A DNA stretch of 64,000 nt, from positions 983,370 through 1,047,369 of the forward strand of contig MU008175.1 of the NCBI GenBank assembly GCA_010909165.1, written 5' to 3'. The stretch comes from Anthoceros angustus. Lineage: Eukaryota; Plantae; Anthocerotophyta. Positions 36,835 to 48,086 of this stretch are shown here, one piece after another (positions within the stretch are counted from its first letter, which is position 1; each line of letters begins with the position of its first letter). The translations under genes and the position numbers were made by a program. The notes under the pieces were generated by a model. The model did no database searches. It was not told the origin of the DNA and worked only from the letters and a program-made list of their open reading frames with translations.

Positions 36835-39020
36835 CCATATCCAGATATCAGAGCATTCCATGTCACCACATTCTTTGTGGCCATGCTGTCAAAAACCAGG
36901 CGTGCATCATCTGATTCACCACATTTTGCATACATGTCCACCAGGCAGGTGCCCACCAGTGTGTCATCCAGCAGTCCTCTTTCGACAATCTCTGAGTGCA
37001 GCTGCCTGCCCTTTTGTAAGGCACCAGTGCTTGCACAGGCCTTCAGAAGGCAGGCAAAAGTAACATTGTTAGCCAAAATCAGGCCCTCCTGCTCCATTTG
37101 TCCATACACAACAAGTGCCTCTTGTCCAAGACCTTGCTGGGCATATCCAGCAGTCCTCTTCGACAATCTGTGAGTGCAGCTGCCTGCCCTTCTGTAAGGC
37201 ACCAGTGCTTGCACAGGCCTTCAGAAGGCAAAAGTAACATCGTCAGCCAAAATCAGGCCTCCTGCTCCATTTGTCCATACACAACAAGCGCCTCTTGGCC
37301 GAGTCCTTGCTGTGCATACCAGCAATCAGGGCATTCCATGTCACCACATCTTTGTGGCCAAGCTGTCAAAAACCTGGCGTGCATCTTCCATTTCCCCACA
37401 TTTTGCATACATATCCACCAGGGAGGTGCCCACCAGTATGTCATCCAGCAGTCCTCTTTCCACAATCTGTGAGTGCAGCTGCCTGCCCTTCTGTAAGGCA
37501 CCAGTGCTTGCACAGGCCTTCAGAAGGCAAGCAAAAGTAACATGGTTACCCAAAGTCAGGCCCTCCATCTCCATTTTTCCATACACAACAAGCGCCTCAT
37601 GTCCAAGTCCTTGCTGTGCATACCCAGCAATCAGCGCCGTCCATGTCACCACATCCTTCCTGGCCAAGCTTTCAAAAGCCTGACGTGCATCTTGCAGTTC
37701 CCCACATTTTGCATACATGTCCACCAGGCAGTTGCCCACCAGTATATCATCCACCAGTCCTCTTTCCACAATCTGCGGATGCTGCCCTTCTGTAAGGCAC
37801 CAGTGCTTGCACAGGCCTTCAGAAGGCAAGCAAAAGTGACATGGTCAGCCATAATCAGGCCCTCCTGTTCCATTTGTCCGTACAGAACAAGCGCCTCCTG
37901 GCCGACTCCTTGCTGTGCATACCCAGATATCAGAGCATTCCATGTCACCACATCCTTTGTGCCCATGCTGTCAAAAACCTTCCGTGCATCTTGCAGTTCA
38001 CCACATTTTGCATACATATCCACCAGGCAGGTGCCAACAAACAAGTCAGCAAGAACGCCACTGAGCAATACATCAGAGTGCACTTTTCTCCCAGATTCCA
38101 AGTCGGAGGCCAATGCACAAGCTTGTAGGGCAGCTATGAAGACGTGAGCATCCGCCTTCACTCCTGACCTCCGCATCTCATGGTACAGTTGTATGGCCTC
38201 GTTTGGTTTCCCATGTTTAGCATGTGCAGAGATGATGGAAGACCACATGAAAACATCTGGTTTGCCTATCCTGGTGAACACATCCATGGCCTCCTGTAGC
38301 CTACCCCCACGTGCATACATGCGCAAGATGTCGTTCCCCAAGTATGCGTTCGACTCGTACCCAAGTTTAACAGTCAGATCATGAACTCGTCGCCCCACAA
38401 CCACATCCTTCTTCGCTGTACACAGTTTTAGCACAGTACAAAACAGAGACTGAGAAATACCAGACTCTGTCTGCGCCAAAGATTCCAAGGCCCGACGGCC
38501 TCTGAAAGCCTCCCCTGCTGACATAACACGCTCACGGTTGCAGCCGTTACGACGCCCATTTCGGATCCTGCACGCCTGCCAAGTTCAGGCTCATCCGGAG
38601 AGCTCGACCTGGAAGGAGAGGCACCATGACCCATCTGCATATCCAAGGAGAGGAGCTGCTCATCAACCCAAGCTGGCTTAGACATGCTGTTTAACCACAG
38701 TACCTCGCCGGACCCCTTACGCCGGAAGTCAGGCGAACGGGAGCTCTTCTTATCTCGTCTGTTGTCCCACCACATGGTAGGGTCCAGAAAAATTGTTGCC
38801 ACAAGTGCTCCTGCTCCTGGCGACGACCATCGCTCGACAATCCACACTCACAAATTTTCTCGGCGGGTAAGTGTTGAGCTCATTCACTGCTGCACCTGGG
38901 GCTTGGTTTCGCCAGGGCTTGACTCCCTGAGGTCAGGTGAGCCGGAAGTCCTCGTAGAATCCCTGTGCGCACACCAATTTGTTGGGTCCACAGTGGGTCC
39001 GGTTGCCATACTGTGGCCAT
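36835..39020 (-). pseudogene. PPR copy D: leader plus PLS array, truncated within P2, no DYW
   Basis: ORFs 38428-38847, 37646-38524 and 37341-37829 are close paralogues of copy A. It ends ...WNALISGYGTC|GNNF at a junction with the copy C leader. Confidence 0.85.
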
Positions 39021-40760
39021 CGTTCAGGAGCGCTGTCGAACGAAGAGTCTTCAACAGAGTATGGCAGGATGCCAGGTACTGTGTGGCCACCACACTGAAC
39101 CATGGCTGGAAGCCATCACGGTTCAAGTGGTTTCTTAGCCACTTGCTTAGGTGTCTGTCCGACGTTGAGCAGTCTGGAGAAGCCATTACGGTTCAGGTAG
39201 TTTCTTAGAAGGAGGGTGTCTGTCCGACGTCCAGCATTCATTGCCAAAGACCATGAATCTTGGGCGCCGGTCAAGATATTTAGGGTCTTCATATCCTCGG
39301 CTGTTGTGCACAAAGACGTCGATCGTATCTGGATGGGATGTATAGCATGAATATACAAATAGCCGTATGCATTCCCTTCGATGCTACTACAGAGATGGTT
39401 GTCCATGTTCATTTACTGTTATTTAACGAATCGCATGGATTAACAACATGGGCATCATTTCCATCGAAAACAATGGTCGTCCTATAGGAGGAAACCTTTT
39501 GCCTACCACTATGCAATGGTCGTCCTATAGGAGGAAACCTTTTGCCTACCACTATGGGCCGCTGAAAGATATAAACTTCTCTACGACACTCTAATTGTTG
39601 CCTTCTTCTGCGGGTATGCTTAAATATGGCATTTCAATGCCCATCAAAAACCCGTTCGCGTATATTCACGTCAAAAGCCGCTTGAGAGGCAAGGAGGAGC
39701 TGCTCATCAACCCAAGCTGGCTTAGACATGCTGTTTAACCACAGTACCTCGCCGGACCCCTTACGCCGGAAGTCAGGCGAACGGGAGCTCTTCTTATCCA
39801 CTCTGTTGTCCCACCACATGGTAGGGTCCAGAAAGAATTGTTGCCACAAGTGCTCCTGCTCCTGGCGACGACCATCGCTCGACAATCCGTCCACACTCAC
39901 AAATTTTCTCGGCGGAGTAAGTGTTGAGCTCATTCCGCTGCTGCACCTGGGGGCTTGGTTGTTCGCCAGGGCTTGACTCCCTGAGGTCAGGTGAGCCGGA
40001 AGTCCTCGTAGAATCCCTGTGCGCACACCAATTTGTTGGGTCCACAGTGGGTCCGGTTGCCATACTGTGGCCATCGTTCAGGGAGCGCTGTCGAACGAAG
40101 AGTCTTCAACAGAGTATGGCAGGATGCCAGGTACTGTGTGTGGCCACACCACACTGAACCATGGCTGGAGAAGCCATCACGGTTCAAGTGGTTTCTTAGC
40201 CACTTGCTTAGGTGTCTGTCCGACGTTGAGCAGTCTGGAGAAGCCATTACGGTTCAGGTAGTTTCTTAGAAGAAGGAGGGTGTCTGTCCGACGTCCAGCA
40301 TTCATTGCCAAAGACCATGAATCTTGGGCGCCGGTCAAGATATTTAGGGTCTTCATATCCTCGGCTGTTGTGCACAAAGACGTCGATCGTATCTGGATGG
40401 GATGTATAGCATGAATATACAAATAGCCGTATGCATTCCCTTCGATGCTACTACAGAGATGGTTGTCCATGTTCATTTACTGTTATTTAACGAATCGCAT
40501 GGATTAACAACATGGGCATCATTTCCATCGAAAACAATGGTCGTCCTATAGGAGGAAACCTTTTGCCTACCACTATGCAATGGTCGTCCTATAGGAGGAA
40601 ACCTTTTGCCTACCACTATGGGCCGCTGAAAGATATAAACTTCTCTACGACACTCTAATTGTTTGCCTTCTTCTGCAGGGTATGCTTAAATATGGCATTT
40701 CAATGCCCATCAAAAACCCCGTTCCGCGTATATTCACGTCAAAAGCCGCTTGAGAGGCAA
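38635..40760. repeat. ~1.06 kb tandem duplication of the PPR upstream region and leader (leader-only copy E, ORF 39634-40074)
   Basis: Units at ~38635-39690 and ~39695-40760 are near-identical. Each contains a duplicated 43-bp motif, caatggtcgtcctataggaggaaaccttttgcctaccactatg. Confidence 0.9.
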
Positions 40761-40940
40761 GGAGGAAAAGGGGGAGAGGGATCTGAGGTAGAGGAGGAGA
40801 AGGAGTAGGAGGAGGAGAGGGAGGGCGAGAGGGAAGGAGGAGGAGGGGGAAAGCAAAAGGACAAGAGGGGGAGATTATAAGGAGGAGGAGGGGAAGATGG
40901 GAAGGAGGAGGAGGGGGAGAGGGAAAGGAAGAGGAGGAGG
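40760..40940. repeat. Polypurine (GA-rich) tract
   Basis: About 180 bp of almost exclusively G/A on the + strand. Confidence 0.85.
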
Positions 40941-41244
40941 CCCGTTCCATGCTGTGATTTCCAGTCTCAATTTTTCAGCTGATGCGTAACCAATGTGACA
41001 TGACGTTGGTGAAGGGATGGTGGCAAGGCGCGATCACGTATACGAGCGCAAGCAGATCTTGTACTTGCAGAGGATTGCAAGGTCAGGCCAAGACCTGTTC
41101 CAATACTGTGATTTCCTCTCAAATTTTCAATTGATGCGTAACTAGTGTGATGTGATGTTGGTGAAGGGATGGTGGCCTCCTGTAGTAGCAACAACCCTCA
41201 TCATCGGCCCGCATATCATACATGCGCAATTGCATGAGTTTGCA

Positions 41245-42265
41245 AGGACAGGAGGTTCTTGGCCATATCCAGAACATATAGAACTCCGTCTATTTTGAAC
41301 ATCAAGCCATCATCGTGAAGAAAGGTATAGGATCCATGACCCTCAACCCTGAGGCTTGTATCACTCCATTCATCTTCTAACAATACCTTGTCCTTATATT
41401 GGCATAAGGTGAGATTAGTAAATAGGCTTTTATCATTGCATATGTGAGTGACAGCCCCAGAATCAATATATCAGCACCCAGCATTGTGCAAGGAGCTTGT
41501 CAAGCAAACGGTAAGAATCTTCACAGTCCCTTTCGAGTTTTCTCCCTTCTCTTCTACAGCCATGTTGGGCGATTGTTTATAGGGCTGCGTGCTTTGGGGT
41601 TCGCCTGCCTTCTTCTTTCGGCAGTTACGAGCCCAGTGGCCAGCAACCTCGCACCAGTTACAATTGCCTATGCGCTTTGGGGTGGAGGCTGAGCTGTTGC
41701 CAGACTCTCCACGTGCACCAGGTGATTTCCCCGACCCAATCTTTTGCTTGAAGCGAGCAGTTAGGACTTTATCAAACTTTGTCTTTGGTCCTCCTCCGCT
41801 AATCATGCGCCCCTATTCTTCCTGAAACACGGCCCCAATGACTTCTTCAAATGGTATGGTAGAAGACCCTCAAGAGGAGATAGCTTGATGGCCTAGACGG
41901 ATAGGACCATTCTATGAGCCCAAATAATAGCTTTAGGCTGTAGGATGGAGGAAGTAGAAGTAGTGGCCCCTCTGTCCCCTATCTTATGAGAACTTCCTAA
42001 GCTCTATCAACAAGGCTACTGCTATTGAGTTAAGCTGATCGCACTTCTGGATTTGTTCAGGTGTTGGTGGAGGTACGACACTCAGATCAAGTTTCTTATT
42101 AGTGCCATCGACAACACTCCAGACTCCACGAGCTAGCAAGGTGGATTTCATTCAAACTCTCCAGACCGGGTATTTGGTTCCATTAAAACAGTCTGTCTCC
42201 TTCAGTTCTGGGGCAAAGACTAGACCTGGTGTCGTTGACGAAGGTGGGGGATTGGAAGCCATAGC
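41245..42265 (-). mobile_element. Degenerate Ty1/Copia gag-protease fragment
   Basis: The minus strand reads FNGTKYPVWRV*MKSTLLARGVWSVVDGT (Copia gag N-terminus), the zinc knuckle CNWCEVAGHWARNC, protease *YIDSGAVTHIC and VLYVLDMAKNLLS. It has in-frame stops and no RT or integrase. Confidence 0.85.
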
Positions 42266-43921
42266 CTTCAATGTAAGTTTTTGGAATTGCTGTATGATGC
42301 TGTCAAATGATGTCGTAGACAAACGTAGGGTTCGCTCCTAATGGTTATGACCAAAAAGAAAAAACAACTACCACATCCAGGGTTGTGACACCTAGCTCAA
42401 AACGATGCTAACCTTGGCTATGCAAAGAGAGGAATGTGGGGCGGAGCTCGGGTGGATCCAGAGATGTCAATGTGTGGGGCCGTTCGAGCTCCGCCCTTTC
42501 GCTTCCGCTCTGAGGTATCTGCAATGGTTAGCCATAAGGATCTTGAGAGAAGACAGTAATTAAGAGGTGAATGATTAAACTTGCTAATCAATGAAAACTT
42601 TCCATCATGAAATTCATATTCACATAAAACCCTAACTGCCTTCGCGTTCGTTTCACGTGAAACAACATGATGCCAGGATGTTGAAGGGGCACTTACAGGC
42701 AAACTCGAGTTCATTAAATAGAAGAATTATGAAGAAAGTAGAGAGAGGGAGAGCAATTATTTTCTATATGGAATAGAAGAAGAAGAAGAAGAAGAATTTT
42801 ATTGAAGTCCACTAAGGATGGATTTCCGTCATGGGACTTGGTACTTAACAACTTGTACCATGGTGTGCCTAAGCTACTTACACCAAGGGCATCCATTCCC
42901 TTTAGGCACCCTATCTGAACACCGAGCTAAGCTCAAGATGTTTAATCACGACGTTCTTTTAAATGTGTGTCCATTTGGCCTAAGCCATTTGGACACACAT
43001 TGACTAACTAGGCAACATTGAAAGTTTCTTTCAAGAGTACATGATAAATTTATTTAGTGTAACACAACATTTACAGTCAGATGGTCGAAAGATGGTTTAC
43101 CATCACATGGTCTTAACATTGCAGCTACCTTCTCCTCTAACACACATAGTATGAACTAACCAATCAAAGAAGTAGTTGGCTGCAACCACCTATTAAAATG
43201 AACAAGTTTGCTGCAGCCACTTATCGAGATCGGCAAGCCAAATGAGATGGTGATGACGTTACAAAAGTCCAAGACAATGGTTGGATTATGTGTTTGGATA
43301 ATTGAATTATTAATATTAAGTGTACGTCTGAATTATTAATATTAAGTGTATTTCTGAATGAATCATAAAAAGATCGACAAGTCTGCATAAACACGAGACT
43401 CGATGAAGACTGAGAAGATCGATGTTTTTGGAGAAATACGGAACGAAGTGAAGACCGAAGAGGGTGACATGTTTGAATAGAGTGACGGGTGGTCTGACAC
43501 GAAACTTTAGCTAATAATGCACTAGCTCATTATACTTTCTTGCATTTCTTAAATGCAAATTTGCTTGTTCGGAGTATGTTTTTTGCATTATTGTGCACTG
43601 TAGTCTCTTCAAACTACTTGCTTTCAAGCTGCGTTTTTGTTTTTCTAAAAGTTTGTGAAAGATCTCTCAAGTACGATACAGGTGATAATCGAGATGACAA
43701 ATCGATTATTGCGTGTGTCATACAAGAGAGATCTTATTGGATAATATGCCCTATAAGTTGTTGACGATTAGATAGAAATGCAGTTTACACAATTATATTG
43801 TCCTTTCATTCTCATGTGTACATTCTAATTAAATAATTTATAACTATATAACTTCAAATATATATTATTCAAATAAAATTGAATAATTATTTTTAAATAA
43901 TAAATTATTCTTAAACACAAG

Positions 43922-44118
43922 AAACAAAAAGCCAACCATGCTCCTTGTGCTAATAGCCTTCAATATTTGTAGGCCAGCATATTTGACTCCCTTGAAACCG
44001 CTAGCCACATAGAACAAACCAACAAATGCCAATCGTCCTCCATGTGCTAGCCGCCTTGAATATTTGTAGGCCCATCATATTTGACTCCTTGCAACCGGTG
44101 GCCGCGGAGAACAAACAA
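43922..44118. repeat. ~99-bp imperfect tandem duplication upstream of the desaturase
   Basis: tgtgcta...gcctt.aatatttgtaggcc..catatttgactcc..g.aacc..t.gcc...agaacaaac occurs twice. Confidence 0.7.
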
Positions 44119-44680
44119 AATATTGTTTGCAGGTCGAATCGTGAGGAGGGATACGTAGGTAATGTTCCACCGCAGAGAGTCCGATCTTTCATTACACCAG
44201 GGGAGGAAAAAAAAAAAGAGTCCGACCTTTCGAGTCAAAATAGGCGGCGTCTGTATCCTATATATGTATGCCTATGTACGAATCGCGTGAACAGACAGGC
44301 CCCAAAACAGTGACCTAGGACCCCGTGGCTACCACAGGTTGTCTGCAGTGAATATCCTCCCGCGCTGCCTCCCCCCCTCCAGCGGCAGAGGGGACGGAGG
44401 CAGTGGCATTGCCTCCGCGTCTGTCGGATCGGGCCCGCTTTGCTGCCACCCGGCTGCATGTCGCTGTATCCCTCTACCCCCGCGCCTCCTCGTCCCGCCC
44501 AAGCCTTGCGCCTTCGCGGCGCCGCCCGGGCTGTAGCAATTCGGACCCGTCCAGCATTGTGCCGGCACGGTGAGGAACGTGGCGCACTGGGGTCGCTTCT
44601 TGTTGGCGTGCCCTAGTTTGCTCGCCATGGGAAGATTGAGGTGATTTGCCTCCTTCTGTCTGGTTGTCCAGAATTCAAAA

Positions 44681-47600
44681 ATGTCGCCACCTTCCTCCGT
44701 GGTCGGCGCTGTCGCGGTGTCCGAGGGTCTGCGCAGTCGGGCCACTGGTGCGGTGAAGGAGGACGGGCTTCCTTTGAAGGAGTTCAGCTTGGGGGAAGTG
44801 GCTTTGCACAATACGCCGGAAGATTGCTGGTTGATTATCTGGGGGAAGGTGTACGACGTAACCGCATGGTAGGCACTCCCGGAGGTGCATTGTTGCTCAC
44901 TGGTGTCTGGGTTGCCGTTGGTCTGTTTTGTCAGGATCTCAGTCTGTCGCATGCGTCTCCTTTCGGCCTCTGTCTGTCGGTCTTTTACGTGTAGCAGTCC
45001 CGAATTGAGGATTTCTAATATGATTCTTCTGAATTCTTGAGCAGGGTCCCCAAACACCCTGGCGGTAGCCTTATATACGTCAAGGCTGGACAGGACTCCA
45101 CGCAGCTGTTTGATTCTTACCATCCTTTATACGTCAGGTACCTTTAGTTTGTATCCTTTTTTGTTACTGTATTAGATGTGGTGCTACGTCCGTATGAACC
45201 TTCCAGCTCAAAGAGTTATGTCTATGTGGTATCTATTTGCTAGTCTGACTGCGTACTCACTCATGGAAGCAATCACTCGGGTCCTTTAACTTTGCAGTGT
45301 TTGTTAATCTGTTTCAGCAAAATACTGGCCAAGTACTGCATTGGTGTCGTGGGTACAAGCCCAGGGGATGCCACTTTAAGGTCATCTGTTGTCCAGTACT
45401 CTGATGCCGCCAGTGAAGAGTTCTATCTGACCCTCAAGCAAAGGGTTGAAGCTTACTTCAAAAAGCACAAGGTATCCTACGACCTTATCTGCAAGTGGTC
45501 CCTCCCCGTTTTGGTGTATGCTGAAGTTCAATGTCCGAATGTCTTGGTGCGAATGGGAACCAGACCTGTGTCTAACCACTCCCGATTGGTTTTTCAGATA
45601 AACCCCAGATTCCATCCTCACATGTTCGTCAAGTCTCTGCTTATATTTACTGGTTTTGTACTGTGTTACTACATAGCCTTCTTTGGAGGCCAAAACTTTG
45701 TCGTTTCTTTACTGTTTGCTCTTGGAATGGGATTCTTTGCTGGTGAGGTTGGTGTCTCCATCCAGCATGACGGCAACCATGGTAATGTTAGCTTTTCTCT
45801 CAGCTCAGTAGTTTGTGAGGGCGGATGTATTTCTTGAAAAATCTCAAAATGTAAGCTGACGTGGCAACCATTTAGTAGGTCTGACTCCTCGGTTCTTGGA
45901 CAGGGGCTTATTCTCAATGGACTGGCCTGGGTTACATAATGGGTGCTAGCTTGGACTTGGTTGGTGCCAGCAGGTATGTGGCGTCCTTTGTACTCTTGCA
46001 AGAATATGTGGATGTACATGCTCGCCATCTTTGGGCTGTCTCTGAATTTTTATAACATGCAGTTTTATGTGGAGGCAGCAGCATGTTGTTGGACATCATT
46101 CCTTCACAAATGTGGACAACTATGACCCAGACATAAGTAAGTCACGGAAGTCACTTCTGATTTTTTTCTTCTTGTGCATGAACCTTTCAATTGAGGCCGG
46201 TTTTGTGCAGGAGTGAAAGATCCTGACTTGCGGAGGGTGACTTCCCATCAACCGAGGCAATGGTACCATGCGTATCAGGTAAACACCAGCGTTGAGATAT
46301 TTCTAGATTTCCCTTTGTTGTTTAATGGTGAAAATGGCTTTTAAGTAATCCTGCTATTTTGTTATGATGCAGCACATATATTTGGGTGTTCTGTATGGAC
46401 TCCTAGCACTGAAAAGCGTTTTTCTTGATGATTTTTCAGCGTATTTTAAGGGAGCCATTGGCCCGTGAGTGCACTCATCTGCTTAGCGTTCTTGTGTGCA
46501 GCTGCTGTCGTGACTTGTATTTGGTTGTGATGCGATGGGAGATCTACTGTGATTTGCTTAAAGATGACTATCTGTACACTTATATCTGGTAGATTGGACA
46601 CTTACATGTGCATCTGGGGTTCAGTGTGAAGGTTGCAAAGATGACACCTCTGGAGTTCAATATCTTCTGTGGGGGAAAGGTCTTCTACGTGCTTTACATG
46701 TTTGTTCTACCCCTTCTATACAGCCACCACAGTACTTCAAATTTCATCATTCTCTATGTTGCTTCGCAGGTTTGTCACGTGACTCTGAGCTGATCCGAAC
46801 TCTGGCTTTCTTAGTTCTTGATGCCCAGAAGAGCGTCCTATTGAATGATGTTGGCTTTCTTTTTCTGCAGCTGGTCACCGGATGGATGCTAGCGTTCCTC
46901 TTCCAGGTTGCCCATGTTGTTGAGGATGCCTCATTTCCAGCGGTTGATTCCAGTGGTGGAACTCCTGTGGTGAACCAGAGCTGGGCAGCTCTTCAGGTTT
47001 TAGTCAACCCTTCTCCGTTACTGCCTTGCCTACCGTTCACGGCATGTCGGGAAGGCTGATTTGTTCTACGGTTTGTTGGCAAATGTTTGACAGGTGAGGA
47101 CGACCACAAACTTCAGCCCCGGATCCTTTTTTTGGACACATGTTAGTGGAGGATTGAACCATCAGGTAACTCGTCTTCTGATCTTCGCAGTGATATTGGC
47201 GTTCTTGAAATTTATGGGGCATGGTTCAGCGGCTTCGGGCGGGCTTAGTAAAGCTGATGATGAGTTGTGTTGTCCGTACCATTTGAGTGGAAAAGCAGTG
47301 ATAAGACTCTTGCAACACACTGAAGCGATACGGGTGATAGAATTGACTTCTTGGACTTTTTAAGAAGCTGATCCAACGGGATTAGCTACGGTCATGTTGT
47401 CCAGTCCCTTTTGGATCGAGGCGTCGTCGGTGGGGATGGTTAATGTAATGGCACTTGACGTGTTGTGCTGTCAGCAGCGCTTTAGTCATCAGGGATAGTG
47501 ATGACTTTGTGCCGCACGGTGAAGCTGTCTAACAACAGTTAGGTGGACTGCTTTGTTGGGAGGGTTGAGCCTGGTCATTATCATGAGGGATGCTGCCATC

Positions 47601-48086
47601 GATTATTAGTGGTTAACTGGCTAATGATGATACGATATTGTCCGTACCATTTGAGTTATCCTCGATGATGATAATTACAGTATGCTGAAGCCATGGATTG
47701 AACCACGGATTTGATGGAACTTGAGCTTGAGTGGTGTATCTCGGGCTAACTTGTTTGGAACATTGTTCTGTTGGATGCTTTCGGCTCACGTTACTGCATT
47801 GTGACCTTTGCAGATCGAACATCATTTGTTTCCATCAGTTTGTCACGTCTATTATCCAGCTATTCAATCCATAGTGAAGGTGACATGCGAAGAATTCAAG
47901 GTTCCTTACACATTTTATCCCTCTGTAAGTGCTTGCTTTCCTTTCTTTCCGTTCCTTACACATTGTGCTCATTTACGCTTGTCTGATGCCGATTTGTCTG
48001 CTTTCTTGTAGTTTTGGACGGCTCTTAAGGCACATTTCAAGTACTTGAGGAAGGTAGGATTGAATGAACTGCGGCTTGATGGTTAA
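44681..48086 (+). CDS. Front-end (cytochrome b5-fused) fatty acid desaturase, delta-5 type
   Basis: Cytochrome b5 [24 protein letters not shown]; His boxes HDGNH, HVVGHH and QIEHHLFP; [10 protein letters not shown]; ends [14 protein letters not shown]. The delta-5 regiospecificity is inferred from similarity to bryophyte delta-5 enzymes. Confidence 0.9.
47253..47326 (+). ncRNA. C/D box snoRNA (copy 1) in a desaturase intron
   Basis: gct-g-ATGATGA (47257-63), guide TTGTCCGTACCA, D' TTGA, C' GTGATAA, D CTGA (47320-23)-agc. The guide is complementary to plant 25S rRNA UGGUACGGACAA. Confidence 0.8.
47490..47573 (+). ncRNA. Possible third C/D box snoRNA between the two copies
   Basis: GTGATGA (47498-504) ... 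TTGA (47565-68) with flanking cagg/cctg. The stem register is imperfect and no target was recognised. Confidence 0.3.
47619..47692 (+). ncRNA. C/D box snoRNA (copy 2) in the same intron
   Basis: ggct-a-ATGATGA (47624-30), the same guide TTGTCCGTACCAT, D' TTGA, C' ATGATGA, D CTGA (47685-88)-agcc; perfect 4-bp terminal stem. Confidence 0.85.

Noticed and set aside
28334-38147. Many plus-strand ORFs with repeated [17 protein letters not shown]
   Set aside because: Antisense translations of the PPR repeats.
27355-40760. Regular repeats suggesting a CRISPR-like array
   Set aside because: The units are protein-coding PPR motifs with no repeat-spacer structure, and there are no cas genes.
42330-42420. 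Possible PBS/LTR boundary for the Copia remnant
   Set aside because: There is no CA-TGGTATCAGAGC-type junction or paired LTR.
44329-45123. 264-aa minus-strand ORF
   Set aside because: It overlaps the desaturase 5' exons in antisense and has no recognisable domain.
47377-47430. Hairpin in the snoRNA intron suggesting an H/ACA RNA
   Set aside because: No ANANNA hinge or ACA tail is in the expected positions.
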